A stretch of DNA of 64,000 nucleotides. Origin: Azolla caroliniana (taxonomy: Eukaryota > Plantae > Polypodiophyta). Positions 26,516 through 39,108 of the stretch are shown here, piece by piece. Position 1 is the stretch's first letter. Every line of letters begins with the position of its first letter. Position numbers and translations under genes: made by a program. The stretch lies in the NCBI GenBank assembly GCA_043228905.1, contig JBHGNT010000002.1:22692001-22756000 (forward strand), in the 5' to 3' direction. Under the pieces are notes generated by a model. That model did not search any database. It was not told where the DNA came from and worked only from the letters and a program-made list of their open reading frames with translations.

Positions 26516-28150
26516 ATGAGTAATCACGAATTGTCATCATCATACTGGTGCCATCGGTGCTTTGCGAGGATAAGCTTAACGAGAGATGGATCTGAACCTG
26601 TGTGCCCTACCTGCAGAGAAGGGTTTCTCGAGCAGATCGAAATGACGGAAACGCAAGGAATTCAAGGAATGGACAGAGTTCAAGGAAGGATAGAAGGAAG
26701 ATTAGAAAGAGCTATCGAAAGAAGGATAGGTGGAATAGAAGCTCTTCCTGCTGCTCTCCTATTTGCTAGCTACCTGGCAGCCAGCAACAGGAGGTCTCGA
26801 GAGAGATCTACAAGCGTTACTGCTAGAGAAGGATTCCGAAGAAGGTTTTTCCGAAGATTTAACTCTAACTCTAACTCTAACTCTAATACTAGTTCCAGCT
26901 CCAATGGTAATTCTAATACCAATGTTAGTGCTAATGCTCGTGCTTCTGGTTTTCATCGATTAGACCTTGTCTCAATCCTCAATGGTGCTTCCCAGACAGA
27001 AGGTGAGGTAAGACCGTATGATGTGTTAGATTCAAGATTTCGTGCTTTCTTGTCAGGAAGAGCCCTTTCAGATGATACAACTGTTGATAATGCCAATGAT
27101 GGTGATGACAATGCCCAAAATGTCCATGATGGTCATGTTAATAGTCATGATTCAAATGGGCATGGTCATCATGATGCTTTATCTTCATCAAGAAGAGTTG
27201 TGGATGCGAGAGATTTCTTCCTTGGATCTGGTCTGGATGCATTTCTTCAGCATCTTGCTGATAGAAGTGGAGCTAGACATGGCTCAGCCCCAGCCTCAAA
27301 ATCTTCGATTGATGCCATGCCGATACTTAAGTTCAAGAAAAAGAGTTCAGATGATGACGATGATATAAATTGTGCTGTATGTAAAGAAGCGTTTATTCTG
27401 GATGGTGAAGTTAGAGAGATGCCATGTAAGCATATCTACCATTCAGATTGTATTCTTCCATGGTTGGCTCTACACTGTTCTTGTCCAGTTTGTAGACATG
27501 AGATGCCAGCCGAGGAGATTCCGTCTTCTTCCTTGATATCAGTGGCTGATCGAGGTGTGAATAGGCCGTGGAGGAACCGAGTTGCCGGTGAGCAAAATGG
27601 ACCTTTCGGGTTGGCTATTGTTGGTGATTTAGGGTTTGGGATCCATGTTCATTCAGTCACTCTTTGGGGTCTAGATGGGGCTGTTTCTCCTGAAGAGAAT
27701 GAAAGAGGAAACAATGTAGAGTCGGCGGATGTAGGTGGTTCTGACACGCCCTCTACAAGCTCACTTTCCGCTTTATCTTCAGGAAACAACCACATCCTAT
27801 CCTCTTTGGGAAACCCTGTTGCTCTTTCCTCTTTTAGAAACCACCCAGTTGTTTCCTCATTGGGATACAGCACATTGCCTTCCTTATCGGGAAATTCAGT
27901 GGTTGTTCACCGTAGCATTGAGGGTCATGATGATCCTTCACTAGACACGATTGGAATGACGTCATCGGAGAATGTAAGCGTGTTGGGAGATAGCTCTTCA
28001 AGACTGAGGAGAAGTGGTAGCCGGCGATGGCATGGAAATAATAGGCTTTGGGATTGGATCTCTAGGTATACTTGTGGTTCTTTATCCTCCTCCTCCTCCT
28101 CCTCCTCCTCTTCTCCTCCAACGTTACCAACAAGAAGACGCTGGTGGTAA
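26516..28150 (+). CDS. RING-H2 E3 ubiquitin ligase with N-terminal zinc ribbon (BTL/RNF126/RDUF-like), 544 aa, single coding exon
   Basis: YWCHRC...CPTCREGFLEQI zinc ribbon; PASKSSIDAMP; CAVCKEAF...MPCKHIYHSDCILPWLALHCSCPVCRHEM C3H2C3 RING; uninterrupted ORF; CT-rich leader upstream. Confidence 0.93.
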   Translation: MSNHELSSSYWCHRCFARISLTRDGSEPVCPTCREGFLEQIEMTETQGIQGMDRVQGRIEGRLERAIERRIGGIEALPAALLFASYLAASNRRSRERSTSVTAREGFRRRFFRRFNSNSNSNSNTSSSSNGNSNTNVSANARASGFHRLDLVSILNGASQTEGEVRPYDVLDSRFRAFLSGRALSDDTTVDNANDGDDNAQNVHDGHVNSHDSNGHGHHDALSSSRRVVDARDFFLGSGLDAFLQHLADRSGARHGSAPASKSSIDAMPILKFKKKSSDDDDDINCAVCKEAFILDGEVREMPCKHIYHSDCILPWLALHCSCPVCRHEMPAEEIPSSSLISVADRGVNRPWRNRVAGEQNGPFGLAIVGDLGFGIHVHSVTLWGLDGAVSPEENERGNNVESADVGGSDTPSTSSLSALSSGNNHILSSLGNPVALSSFRNHPVVSSLGYSTLPSLSGNSVVVHRSIEGHDDPSLDTIGMTSSENVSVLGDSSSRLRRSGSRRWHGNNRLWDWISRYTCGSLSSSSSSSSSSPPTLPTRRRWW

Positions 28151-28690
28151 CAAAAGACTTAGATTTACATCATTCTCTTAGTGGAGTATGGTCATGTCAA
28201 ATTGTTTTCAAGTTGTTTTGCCAAATCTATATCCGCCCTATATATTAAGAATTGTGCTTTGTATATATTGGTTTCGTGGGTTTTTGGATAATGCTACCAA
28301 TACTCCTCGATTCACACTATAGAATCAGAATAGCTATTAAATAAGTGGTTTATATTTGGTTTTGGTCCCCCCCCCCCCCCCTTGTGTTTATCGTGTTTGT
28401 TTAGTTGTGTTCGTTATTGTTTTTGTTAAAAGTTACTTAAGTTGGTTGTTGAATGGCAATGACGGAGTACACTCGAAAATCGTTTAGTAGTAGATTGTTG
28501 AATATTATATGGATCTATGCCTTATTGCTTTATTTCATTTACTCTCATGTTCTAGTAGATTTTAGGAATAAATCACCTAAATTGTGTGCACTTACGGAGA
28601 GGTGTCCTCATCTTTTTAAACCAAACTTAGCATTTACCTGCGTAGTGTAAAGTTTTGAAGATTGAGGGGTATTCTGGTAATTACATCAAG

Positions 28691-29207
28691 GTAAGGGTAT
28701 TTTTGGTGCTTTCTTTCACGTCAATTCTGTATAATGTCTATTTGGGATTGTGACTTATTGTTTTCTTTCGCTCATGTAGAGTGGTTGTATATGCATGTGA
28801 GTGTTTCCAATTATGCGAAACTTATTTCATGTTTATGTGAGGAAAGATTGTTGGATTTCTTATCACATGTTTTCCATTGCTGCTGATCAAAAGTCTGTCA
28901 CAATCTCTCATTATATACCTCAAAAGTTCAATGGATCTTGAAATTTAAAAGAAATTTTCCTGATCTATCCTCTCATTTTAAAGGTCAAGAATACTTATGT
29001 GTGCAAGTATGAGTATTATTTTTATGTGGTTTTGAGATGTTGATGTTTGAAAATGAGATTGGTTTGTTTGATGTCAGAATGCTTCTATGGTTTGTTCTGA
29101 TTATGTTTGTTGCATTAGTTATGAAAATAGTGTTAAATTTGTGATAATGGGGTGATAAAACATTCTAAAGTAAAATATTAACATTGCCGTTTCTTTTTCT
29201 TCCGCAG
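28691..29207 (+). other. Putative spliceosomal intron downstream of the RING CDS
   Basis: Donor AG|GTAAGG at 28691; T-rich body; acceptor TTTCTTTTTCTTCCGCAG|GT ending at 29207. Confidence 0.55.
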
Positions 29208-29319
29208 GTTTTTTGTATGGCAATCATCATACTTTGATCCAAAAAAATGCTCTGCTTTGATGTCAAATTCTTTCATTATTATGATGCAGGACCATACTTG
29301 ACGGTAAAAGAATTGTGTG

Positions 29320-30050
29320 GGGGAAAAGCATCGGGAATCTTTTGTTTCTTGTGAGGAAAAGAAAAAAGCATTGGGAATTGTAACTTTTATGTATTCAGTA
29401 TTTTGTCAAGATTACAAATCAATCGATAGATAGAAAACGTTTGTGGCGATGCAACTTCATTCATATTGTGCATAAAAAAAGGGGGGCAACATAAGCATTG
29501 GGGATAGTGCTTCTCATTGGGATAACAACAAAAAATGCGTTGATAGAAACCTTACTCTGAATTGCTACTTCAAATCAGGATAAAAAAAGGGGTTGAAAGT
29601 ATTGGAAATCGAAGCATCTTATTAAAGCATTAAGAGCATCTATTGAAATGACGAGAGAATTGGAAAAAGTATATAAAAGCATGGGTGAATTATGACTTCA
29701 TTTCATCCGGCGTACAAAGGACAAATGAGTAAGTAAGCCACTGGGATTATGCGCTCCTCTTCAAACATACGAAAGAGTATCAAGACTTTTGGTTGCTTAT
29801 GTGTGAAAGAGAGAAATATATTTGATATTCATGGGATATTGACATTGATTCATTGGAGGGGGCCAAACTCAAGGCGAGAATCAAACTTGGACGATTAAAA
29901 AAAGATTGATGACAAAGCATTTGGAGATTGTTGTTTTTTGTTCGGGATAAGCAAGCATAACAATTTTAAAAGCATCAAGAATTGCGACTTATATTTATCA
30001 CAAATAAAAAGTATTCATGGGAAAGCATTCAGGAATTGTGGGCTCTTGTT
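29320..30050. repeat. Highly degenerate array of an AAAAGCATTGGGAATTG-like motif
   Basis: About 10 variants, e.g. at 29325, 29364, 29493, 29597, 29676, 29735, 29914, 29968, 30022. Confidence 0.5.
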
Positions 30051-30120
30051 GAGGATAAAAATAACACCGTTAAAAATCACATATTTGAGGTTTTGATATC
30101 GTCTTCTTAGAGATAATAAT

Positions 30121-30555
30121 AAGTTTAACCTTCGAAAGAAACTTAAAGGGGATTTACATGTGATTTGCTTGGCAAGGGACTCCATGCTTTCTATGACACA
30201 ACATCAAACTTCACATGTCTCCGTCTAAGAATGGTGGTCATTTAACTATTGATTGTTGGAAAGGTCAAAATGAAAAAAGGAACTTTATCTGATGATTGCC
30301 TTACAACTTATAATGAATGGTCGAGTATCAAGCATGTGTCGGAAAGTTTAACCTTCGAAAGAGACTTAAGGGGATTTACATGTGATTTGTGTGGCAAGGG
30401 ACTCAGTGCTTTCTATGACACAATGTCAAACTTCACACGTCTTTGTTTGAGAATGGTGGGCATTTGATTATTGATTGTTGAAAAAGGGAATTGTATTTGA
30501 TGATGGCCTTACAACTTGTAATGAATGGTTGAGGATCGACCATCATGTATCGGAA
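30121..30555. repeat. Diverged tandem duplication, unit about 223 bp
   Basis: AAGTTTAACCTTCGAAAG... starts at 30121 and 30344, collinear throughout. Confidence 0.9.
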
Positions 30556-30577
30556 TGGGTAAAATAATATTAAATAA

Positions 30578-31715
30578 TGTGGTGTGCATGTGTGCCTTTG
30601 TGCCACCCTTTTAGCACACCCTTTTTAGGATGCATGTACCTAAGCCGACCCGCCCTTTTAGCATTACTCTTTTTAGCTAAGCCAACCCAAATGGGTACCT
30701 TTGTATAAACTATAAGAAGTAAGAAGTTAACCATGTTGATTTTGATTGCTTATGTGCATTTCACATATTGGTGGAGAAGCGGGGTACCAGTACCCCACGT
30801 CCAAGTATCCACCTCTTCCCCCTCACCTTAGGTTGCCCACTAACTTATTGTCCCACAGGTTTCTCCGATCCCCTTCCAACACGATAGTCCTCCTGTCCCC
30901 CACCTTAGCCAAGTCTAGGTGGCCCTTAGTCCATAGGAGCGATTGATCTCTATCTGCCTATAGCCCTCCTATCCCCCACCTAAGCCAAGTCCAGGTGGCC
31001 CTTAGTCCACAAGAGTGATTGATCTCTATTCGCCTATAGCCCTCATGTCCCCCACCTAAGCCAAGTCTAGGTGGCCCTTTGTCCACAGGTTCGATTGATC
31101 TCTATCCGCCTATAGCCCTCTTGTCCCCCACCTCTGCCAAGTCCAGGTGGCCCTCAGTCCACAGGAGGGATTCTCTATCCGCCAATTGGTAGCTCGTTTT
31201 CCGTCACTAGCCCCGTCTAATTATTATCTGATTAGGGTCGTTAGTTCCACAGGGATGTCCTCAACGTCGTGGCAACTTAACTAGGTGTCCAGCAAGTGTT
31301 TACATCCTCATACCATCCTCAGACCAAGGGCCTCACCAAACGCCTCAACAAGACCATCAAGCAGGAGGTTGTCGCACAAATCAGCCCTTTTAGAGAACTC
31401 TATAGGCGTGATCCTCACCTCCCACCAGAATCGTCCATTGACGTTCATTCCGAACTTGCCAACATGCCACCCTAGGCCCATCTTCTAACCCCCATCCTTT
31501 CCCCATGTTGTAAACCTCCTTGTTTCTCTCAGGGGGGAAATATGGTGTGCATATGTGCCTTTGTGCCACCCTTTTAGCACACCCTTTTTAGGATGCATGT
31601 ACCTAAGCCGACCCACCCTTTTAGCACACCCTTTTTAGGATGCATGTACCTAAGCCGACCCACCCTTTTAGCATACCCTTTTTAGCTAAGCCAACCCAAA
31701 TGGGTACCTTTGTAT
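30578..31715 (+). mobile_element. Small non-coding LTR element (TRIM-like)
   Basis: 5' LTR 30578-30765 (TG...CA); PBS TGGTGGAGAAGCGGGG at 30769-30784; PPT AGGGGGGAAA at 31531-31540; 3' LTR from 31541, truncated near 31715, with an internal ~46-bp duplication. Confidence 0.85.
30884..31183 (+). repeat. 4 x 76-bp tandem repeat inside the TRIM-like element
   Basis: Units start at 30884, 30960, 31036, 31112. Confidence 0.93.
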
Positions 31716-32638
31716 CCATATCTTGTTTTTATATGGATATAAGTGTCATACTCACAATGATGATATAGATAATAGAACTATAGGTTGATTGCAAGTTTTC
31801 TATCTAAATATAAGTTTGGGGCAATCACAAAACTACTCAATATATCATCTATACCATTGATATTTTTGAAATATTGAGATTATCCTTGTCAAAGAAGCAA
31901 AGTAAGGGAAGGATCTTTGGAGAGTGAATGGTATTCTATGAAAGTGTATAGCTAAAATTACAATGAAAGGGAGTACATTTAAGTGGATTGCAAGAAAATG
32001 GGCGACTTGCCAATGATTGGGTGGCACAAGCCCAAATCTAATGTGGCACGTATTAGGCGATGTCTTTGGGATTCAAGCTAATGATCTTTTTCTTAAATGT
32101 CTTCTTCAATCTATTGATTAGTAGAAGTGCTAGTTTGTGAATTTTTTCTGGTATTGTAAAATCACTAGTTTATGTAGATTCTTTATTGGTTTCATTTCCT
32201 AGTTTTCAAGAGTGGGACTTGTAGAATTTGCCTAAGAAAAAAGATGGACATAGTACTTTCATAGAATATAAGGATATAATTTATAAAAGAAATGTGATGC
32301 GAGCTTGATATGCCATCAAGGGAACAATTAGGGGCGTGTTTTGGCAATGACTCATTTTCAATTCATGGGGTCATGAAAATGATATGTAAAGCCATAGGTA
32401 AAAGATGTAGTATGGACGTGTTTTAGGTCGGCAGAATCATCGAGTACACAATCACTTGTTAATTCACAATAATTGAATACAACTTGTTTTCTCGACAAGG
32501 AATCAAATCAAATCTTCAATGCTACTTCTTTTGCATTGAAGTTTTCAACGAAGCAATGTTGCGTTGTAAATTAAATTATGATTTGATGTATCCTTTAGAG
32601 TGACAAATCTCGAAACTAGATTTGTGATCCAACGAGAA

Positions 32639-33172
32639 TGTTAGACTAGGAGAATGTTGGACGGGGAGAATGCTCGAGGTGGAGAATGCTTGAGGAGGAG
32701 AAAGATCAAACTTCTCACCAAGTGATCGGAATCACATTCCGAAAGTTCCGACATGAACCTCACAATAAATGGTTCCCATCTACAGTGCAAGTTTTGCAAA
32801 GCAGTAACTAAAGGATACAACTTTTCATGAATCTTGCTCCAAATCATCGTAAGTTCACACTTTGAACTTAGAATCACAATTTGAAACTTCCAACACGATC
32901 CTTGATGGATTGAGAATAAGATAATACAATAGATTTCTGAAATTAATTTTATATGAATACCAAAAACCTATTATATAGAAGATTAAATAATCGATCTAAA
33001 CACAAAGAAGATAAATTTTGACTCTATTACATGAGGGGATTGAAAGGTAATAATATGCGATGATAGAGATGTAGGAATTGTGGGTAGATCTTTGAAGGGA
33101 TATCCTCAAGTTTTTGCTTGGATTGACCAATGAGACATCTTCGTTGCCTCTTGTCGTTGGTGATCTCTAACA
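32639..33172 (-). repeat. Probable old 3' LTR with adjacent PPT
   Basis: 7-bp inverted termini TGTTAGA...TCTAACA, followed by CCCCCTTG (PPT on -); no partner LTR in the window. Confidence 0.55.
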
Positions 33173-33599
33173 CCCCCTTGTTTCACCACTCCAAGATTGA
33201 AATTTTACCACACTTTTTCCTTCTTACCACATAACTCAATCATACCTTGTCACCTTCTGCTCCTATTCTAAGTTCTTGATGATTGAACTAAGTCTTTTCA
33301 TTATCTCTAACGTCTTTTCCCATGACCTGACTTTCTTTTCATACTTATAGTTATGCCTTATCCTTCAATATTTTGTATACATATTTAATTTAACTTGTTT
33401 CCTCACATGCATTTTCCACATCACGAAAACATTCCTTGTCGTATGTCTCGTTGTGACTACAACCATGAATAGCTCAATCTCTTCTCTTGTGGTCATATTC
33501 TTCGTGGCACCTACAACTACAACGATCTTGATCATCTCCCAATATTCTCTTGTCCTCACCATTGCACGTATAATCACAAACTGATCCTCGATTACATAG

Positions 33600-34485
33600 A
33601 GGCTACACTCTTGATGTCGTCATGTTACGGGCATGACCATATCCCGTGGTAAGTTTTACTGTAGTATTCTATACACATGGATAAAGTGTGAGGTCAAAAA
33701 GAGAATTCTTTTTGAATGCCATGATAAACCGTGGAATACATCGTACACTCGTTCTCATCTCCACTCAATTCTATTGGCATAAGATGCGTCCTGGCATACA
33801 TAGTTATGTGACAAAATGTCACCAGTGTCAGGTTAATAAAGTCGAGCGACTTAAAGCCGCTGGACTTTTACATCCCTTGGAAATTCCCAACAATAAGTTG
33901 GAAAATATATCCATGGATTTTATTGTTAGCCTTCCTCGCACCCAAAAAGGCCATGATGCCATATGGTTTGTGGTTGATCGACTAACTAAAATGGCCAGAT
34001 TTATTGCTACTAAAACCACGACAACATCTCTTGAATTGGCTTACCATTCGTTGACGAGTTATTTCGTTTTTATGGGTTACCGATGGGTATCGTGAGTGAT
34101 CGAGATCCAAAGTTTACTAGCGACTTCTGGACACAAGTCTTTAAGAAGTTAGAAACTACATTGAGCATGAGTTCCATGGATCATCCTCAATCCGATGGAC
34201 AGATAGAACGAGTAAATCAAATTATTGAGGACATGCTTTGAGCATACGTTGGTGCAAAACCAACAAAATGGGAACGTTATCTCCCAAATTTGGAGTTTGC
34301 TTATAACAACTCCAAGCATACATCGACGAGATATAGTCCTTTTATATTGATGTATGGTTTTCAACCATGAGCCCCGATTGATGTTAATATACATTATGAT
34401 GAGTTGCGAAGTATGCAAAACTTTATTCGGGATATGCAAGATATGTTGCATATTGCACGAGATAATATAAAAACAGCTCAAGATA
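33600..34485 (+). pseudogene. Old Ty3/Gypsy integrase fragment
   Basis: FYWHKM...CHQCQ, LLHPLEIP, ISMDFI, VVDRLTK, IVSDRDPKFTS, HPQSDGQIERVNQ, EFAYNNS; frameshifts and stops. Confidence 0.9.
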
Positions 34486-35398
34486 TAAACCGTCCCTAGG
34501 CGGAATCCGAGTTTAGCGTGTGTAAACCGGCTCTTACACGCGAGCACACTTTTCGTTGTATAGTAAGTAGGTAGGTACAAGTCGGCAGAGGTGAAATCCT
34601 AGGTAGAGCGCATTCAATAGGGAGAGAATCGAGCTGTATCTCTGTCCGAAAAGACAGAGAATTAATGTGATGTAACAGATGATAACGGCCTCCCTCCTTG
34701 AGCTATAAAAGAGAGGGAGAGGAATGAAAAGGGGGATCGCGTGTTGGCAAGGAGGAAGTGCTACTGTAGAACCGAGTGCCGAGCTCTCTCTCCCCCAATC
34801 GTCATTCTCTGCGGGTGTCAGGAGTTTGCTGCCTCTGCTTCGTGGACAACCCGTGTGCTTCCAGCAGAGTCTCTCTCTCTTTCCCTTTTCCCCCCCTTGT
34901 GTTTCTTCGAGTCGTGTGGTTGTCGTCGGTGTGCGTGAGTAGGACCCCGTGTCGGGTCCATTACCGGGTTGCCGGTTGTAATTGTTCGAGTTGTAAGCTA
35001 TTGACTATAGTAATCGGATCCCTATTTTCTTGCTCTTAATCTCTTTCTGTGTACTTGTAACTCTCTCTCTCTCTCTCACTCTCTCCTTGGTCCAAGACCC
35101 CCGTGGTCCCGCCTCTTCCTACATGCGAACGCGAAACTTCGCGACATCTTGGTGAACCTGACGTGAACAGGCGACAAAGGAGTCGGAAGATGAGGGGATC
35201 GGAGCTAGCAGAGGCAATGGCGGTAGCCGTCGACCGGCTGGTAAGCGCTCGTGAGGGGACAAGTACCCTCGACAGAGCCATCGAATCGATCGTCGGCACT
35301 ATAGGCCGATTCGGAGGGAAAGACGCCAGGAGTTATTTGGAGGCTTACTGGGCCGAAATGATCATGAGGGATATCCCGGTGGACAGGCGGCTATCTGG
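34482..35398 (+). mobile_element. GC-Gypsy copy A: 5'-clipped LTR (to 35146), PBS (35150-35167) and first ~70 gag codons
   Basis: LTR homologous to 35399-36034; TGGTGAACCTGACGTGAA; MRGSELAEAMAVAVDRLV; cut by the LTR of copy B. Confidence 0.88.
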
Positions 35399-36079
35399 TG
35401 TCGTGAAGAAAATCGGCCATAGGCGGATTCGGAGAGAAAGGCGCGTGAACCGGCTCTTACACGGATGGACGCGTAACTTGATATTTTGTACCCGATCCAT
35501 AAATGGATCGGTGGGTGAAATATGAGGCGACATGCATTTATCAGGGGTTTGTGCGTATCTCTGTCAGACGGAGGGGAGGACAAGGAATAAAAAGGGACTT
35601 GACAAGAGAAGAAGGGGTATCGCGCGGGAGGAGGTGGAAGGGGGTTGCTGCAGAACGGAAGGCGAGCTCTCTCTCTTGGAGGAGGAATCGTCGCTCTCTG
35701 CGGGTGTCGGGAGGTCGCTGCCTCTGCTTCGTAGACAGCCCGTGTGCTTCCAGCAGAGTCGTTCCCCTTCCCCTTTTGTTTCTTGGAGTCGGTGACCGTC
35801 GTTGGTGTGCGTGAGTAGGGTCCCTATGTCGGGCCCGTCGCCGCTTTGTCGGTTGTAACTGTCGGAGTTTGTAATCTCTGTCATTATAATTAAGTGTTAC
35901 GTTCTGTGTCTCTCTTCCTCGCTTCTACGTGTCGGTAAATCTTTCTCTCTCTCTGTATCTCTCTCTCTCGCTCCTCCGTCGAAGACCCCCGTGGTTCCGC
36001 CCTTTTCTACACGTACGCGCGTAATAACGCGACATCTTTGGTGAACCGGACGTGAACAGGGCGGCAAAGGAGTCGAAAG

Positions 36080-38209
36080 ATGAGGGGATCGGAGCTAGCA
36101 GAGGCAATGGCGGTGGCCTCGACCGGTTGATGAGCGCTCATGAGGGAACGGGTACCCTCGACAGAGCCATTGAATCGATCGTCGGCTCTATAGGCCGTTG
36201 CGGAGGGAAAGACGCCACAAGTTATTTGGAGGCTTACCGGGCCGAAATGATCATGAGGGATATCCCGGTGGACAGGCGGCTGTCCGGATTCCCTCGGGTG
36301 GTGACGCCGGGCATCCATGCGGAGGTGCTCGAGGTGCTGGCCGGATGCCAGACTTGGGAGGAGTTCGAGCTACAGCTCCTCGAGAAGTACGGGTTTGACG
36401 ACTCGCTCCGACTGTCGAGGCGGGACTTCATGGCGTGGGTGGAAAGCCCCGGAAAAGGGAGGAACACGTCGGTGCTCCTCCAGGAGTTCGAGAAACGGTT
36501 CCCGCGGCTGTCAACGTTGGACTGGACGGTGCTCGAAACGAGTCGAGTGCTGCTATTTGTCAAGTCGGTGGATGCGCTCGACAGGGAAAAGGTGGGTCCC
36601 CTGCTGGAAACGGACGAAGGGCTCACGACGGATTGGGTCGTGGTAAAACGGGTCTACAGCCGTTTCGACAAACGGCGCGATTGGGGCGACGGAAGCACGT
36701 CGGGGTCAGGGCCGGTCCCGGGGAGGAGGCTCGAAGAGCCGGTTTTAGTGCTGGCTGGGAGGAAGGAAGAGACCCGAATCTGGTCGGAGTCGGGGTCGGC
36801 ATCGAATGACGTGGTCAGAGGCCCGTCCGGAGGAGTGGCTCTGGAGGAGCTAACACAGATGGTGCGCGACCTGCAGATCGCACAGGCCCGAAGAGACAGC
36901 GGTGAACAACCTTGCGACCGGAGGCCGCCGACTGGGCAACGGTGCATGTGGTGTGACGCGATTGGTCACATTCGGAAGGATTGCGTGGACTTCGCCGACG
37001 CGCTCAGGACCAACGTGGTGTATCTCTGGAACGGGCGGGTGCATGCGAGTGAGACCCGGAGAGCCCTTGAACTGAATACGGGGCGTGACGGCATGAAGAG
37101 GTTGATGGAAGAGGCCGCGGCACGGCACGTCGAAGCCGTTAACTACTCAGTGTCGGCGAGAATTCGGGTCGGGGGTGATGAGACCCGGAAGGCGAAGGAC
37201 TCCGAATTCTGGCCACTAGTGCTGGAAAGCCTCTCCGGAGTTCGGCTGAGGAGGGAAGAGGCAGACCGCGCGGAACAACGGGTCCAGGAGGTCACCGGTT
37301 GGGACGATCCGGTGGAAGAGAAAACGGGCTTCGTAGAAGCCACTTGCCAAAACTACGAGGTTCTAGTGGAGGAAAAACGGGCAGGAAAGGCTAGAGGGGT
37401 CGACCCCCCGAGGTATGAGACCCGGTTCGGATCAAAACCGACCGGTGCCGGCAACCCAGGCGTGCCGGATGGGAAGAAGCAGGCGGGGTTTCGGTTGAGC
37501 ACCGAAATCGAGTGAGCAACGGACCTACGGAAGGTCCTTGAAGAGCGAATCCTCGACAGTAAAGTGGAGCTGTCGTTGCGGGAGGTGTGGGGATCGCCAA
37601 GAGGGAGTTCCACGACTCTATCGTAGACTTGGTGAAGCGTAAGAGGCTCTCGACGGAGCTGGAACCGGAGAAGCCGGTGGAGGTGTGGACCACGCACCTG
37701 GAAGACGAAGCCTTGGAAGACGAGCTGGCGAGAAGCCACTACACGAAGTCGCATTGGCCAGGGCGACTACGGAAACCCCCGTACGGATCGGCAACGTTCT
37801 GGAACTGGTGGTGGCGTTGGTAGACCATGGATCCGAAATCAACCTGATGTCCATGGAGTTCTACAAGAAGGGTAAATGGCCGATCAACACCAAGCACGAC
37901 TAGAAGATACGAGGAGCGACGCACGCCACGGAAGAACTACATGGGGCCTGTTCGAACGTACGGGTGAAAATCGGCGATGTCGAGATCGACCAACACTTCT
38001 TTGTGCAGGAGACGTCCTCGCATCCGGTTATACTAGGAGAGCCATATATCACGGCGGCACGGATGGAGACCAAGGTGCTGGACAACGGTTCAACCTATGC
38101 AAGAGTCAAAAGCCAGGACGAGCGCCACTCGGTTCAGTTCCTAACGGTGAGACCAAACCACGAGTGTAACCGCGAGGCCCTCGGTAGCGAAGCCCGAGGG
38201 GATTTTTAG
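36080..38209 (+). pseudogene. Copy B Gag-zinc knuckle-protease ORF1, disrupted
   Basis: Collinear with intact ORF 47518-49641; CMWCDAIGHIRKDC; ALVDHGSEIN; 1-bp deletion near 36117, stop at 37513-37515, further frameshifts. Confidence 0.92.
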
Positions 38210-38692
38210 AGAGGGCTATCAAGGCGTGGGGTCGTGATAGTCCGGACTCCCGGGAACAACCCCACAGTACGGAAGAAGACTTGTACCATGGGTAGGAAGT
38301 TTTGGTTCTCCGGCAACGGAGGTTGTACTATAACCAGCGTCAGCGGCCGGGAGAGGAAGCGAGCGGAGGAGCAGCTCAAATGGATGCAGAGTCCTCTTCC
38401 CCGACGAATGTTAGGAATTGACTCTTTCCAAAACCTTCCCCTCTCGGCCACAACCGAGGAAACACGAATCAATGCAGCAGAAAATCGAAAACACAGAGAG
38501 AGACTCGAATGCACAGGATTTAGCGTGGAAAACCCTAGACGGGAAAAACCACGGGTGTCATAACTAGACTCGAACCCATAACCTTTTGTTACACGGGTCG
38601 AGACTTTACCATTAGGTTATGAATTGTAATTTGAAGGATATTATTTTCATTTAGGTTTTATTGGGAAATTGATGTATATTCCAGATTTCTCT

Positions 38693-38738
38693 GGAACATT
38701 CTAGAAACTTCAGGAGTATTCCTGAAGACACTATAAAA
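38693..38738 (+). promoter_or_regulatory. HSE-like array plus TATA box in the Chromo-2 5' LTR
   Basis: GAAcaTTCtaGAAacTTCagGAGtaTTCctGAA followed by TATAAAA at 38732. Confidence 0.65.
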
Positions 38739-38845
38739 GGAGGCGCAAGGCATTAGTTCGAACCAAATCGGTTCAACGCCAGTCTTAAGCCTTCTAACTA
38801 CTGTTGTATATCTTCCGTCATATAATACATATATCTTTCGCATCA

Positions 38846-38887
<42 letters not shown>

Positions 38888-39108
38888 ACTCATTCCTTCT
38901 CTCAAAGTTCGACACCTCTCATAGTACTAATCCTTCTCTGTCTTAGTACTATTCCCCAACAATAGTACTAATCCTTCTTTTAGTACTAATTCCTTCTCTG
39001 CCTTAATAGAGTTCCTGACAGTTTGAACCGATTTTGACTACTAGTCTCCCTCTTCCTTCTGTCTCCCTCCTTTCCTACTAGTCTCTTATTTCCCTTTTCC
39101 TTCATCCC

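Noticed and set aside
29320-31183. CRISPR-like repeat/spacer appearance
   Set aside because: Eukaryotic context, no cas genes, repeats either too degenerate or contiguous without unique spacers.
33173-33600. Possible decayed zinc-knuckle coding on the minus strand next to the old LTR
   Set aside because: Too degenerate to support a call.
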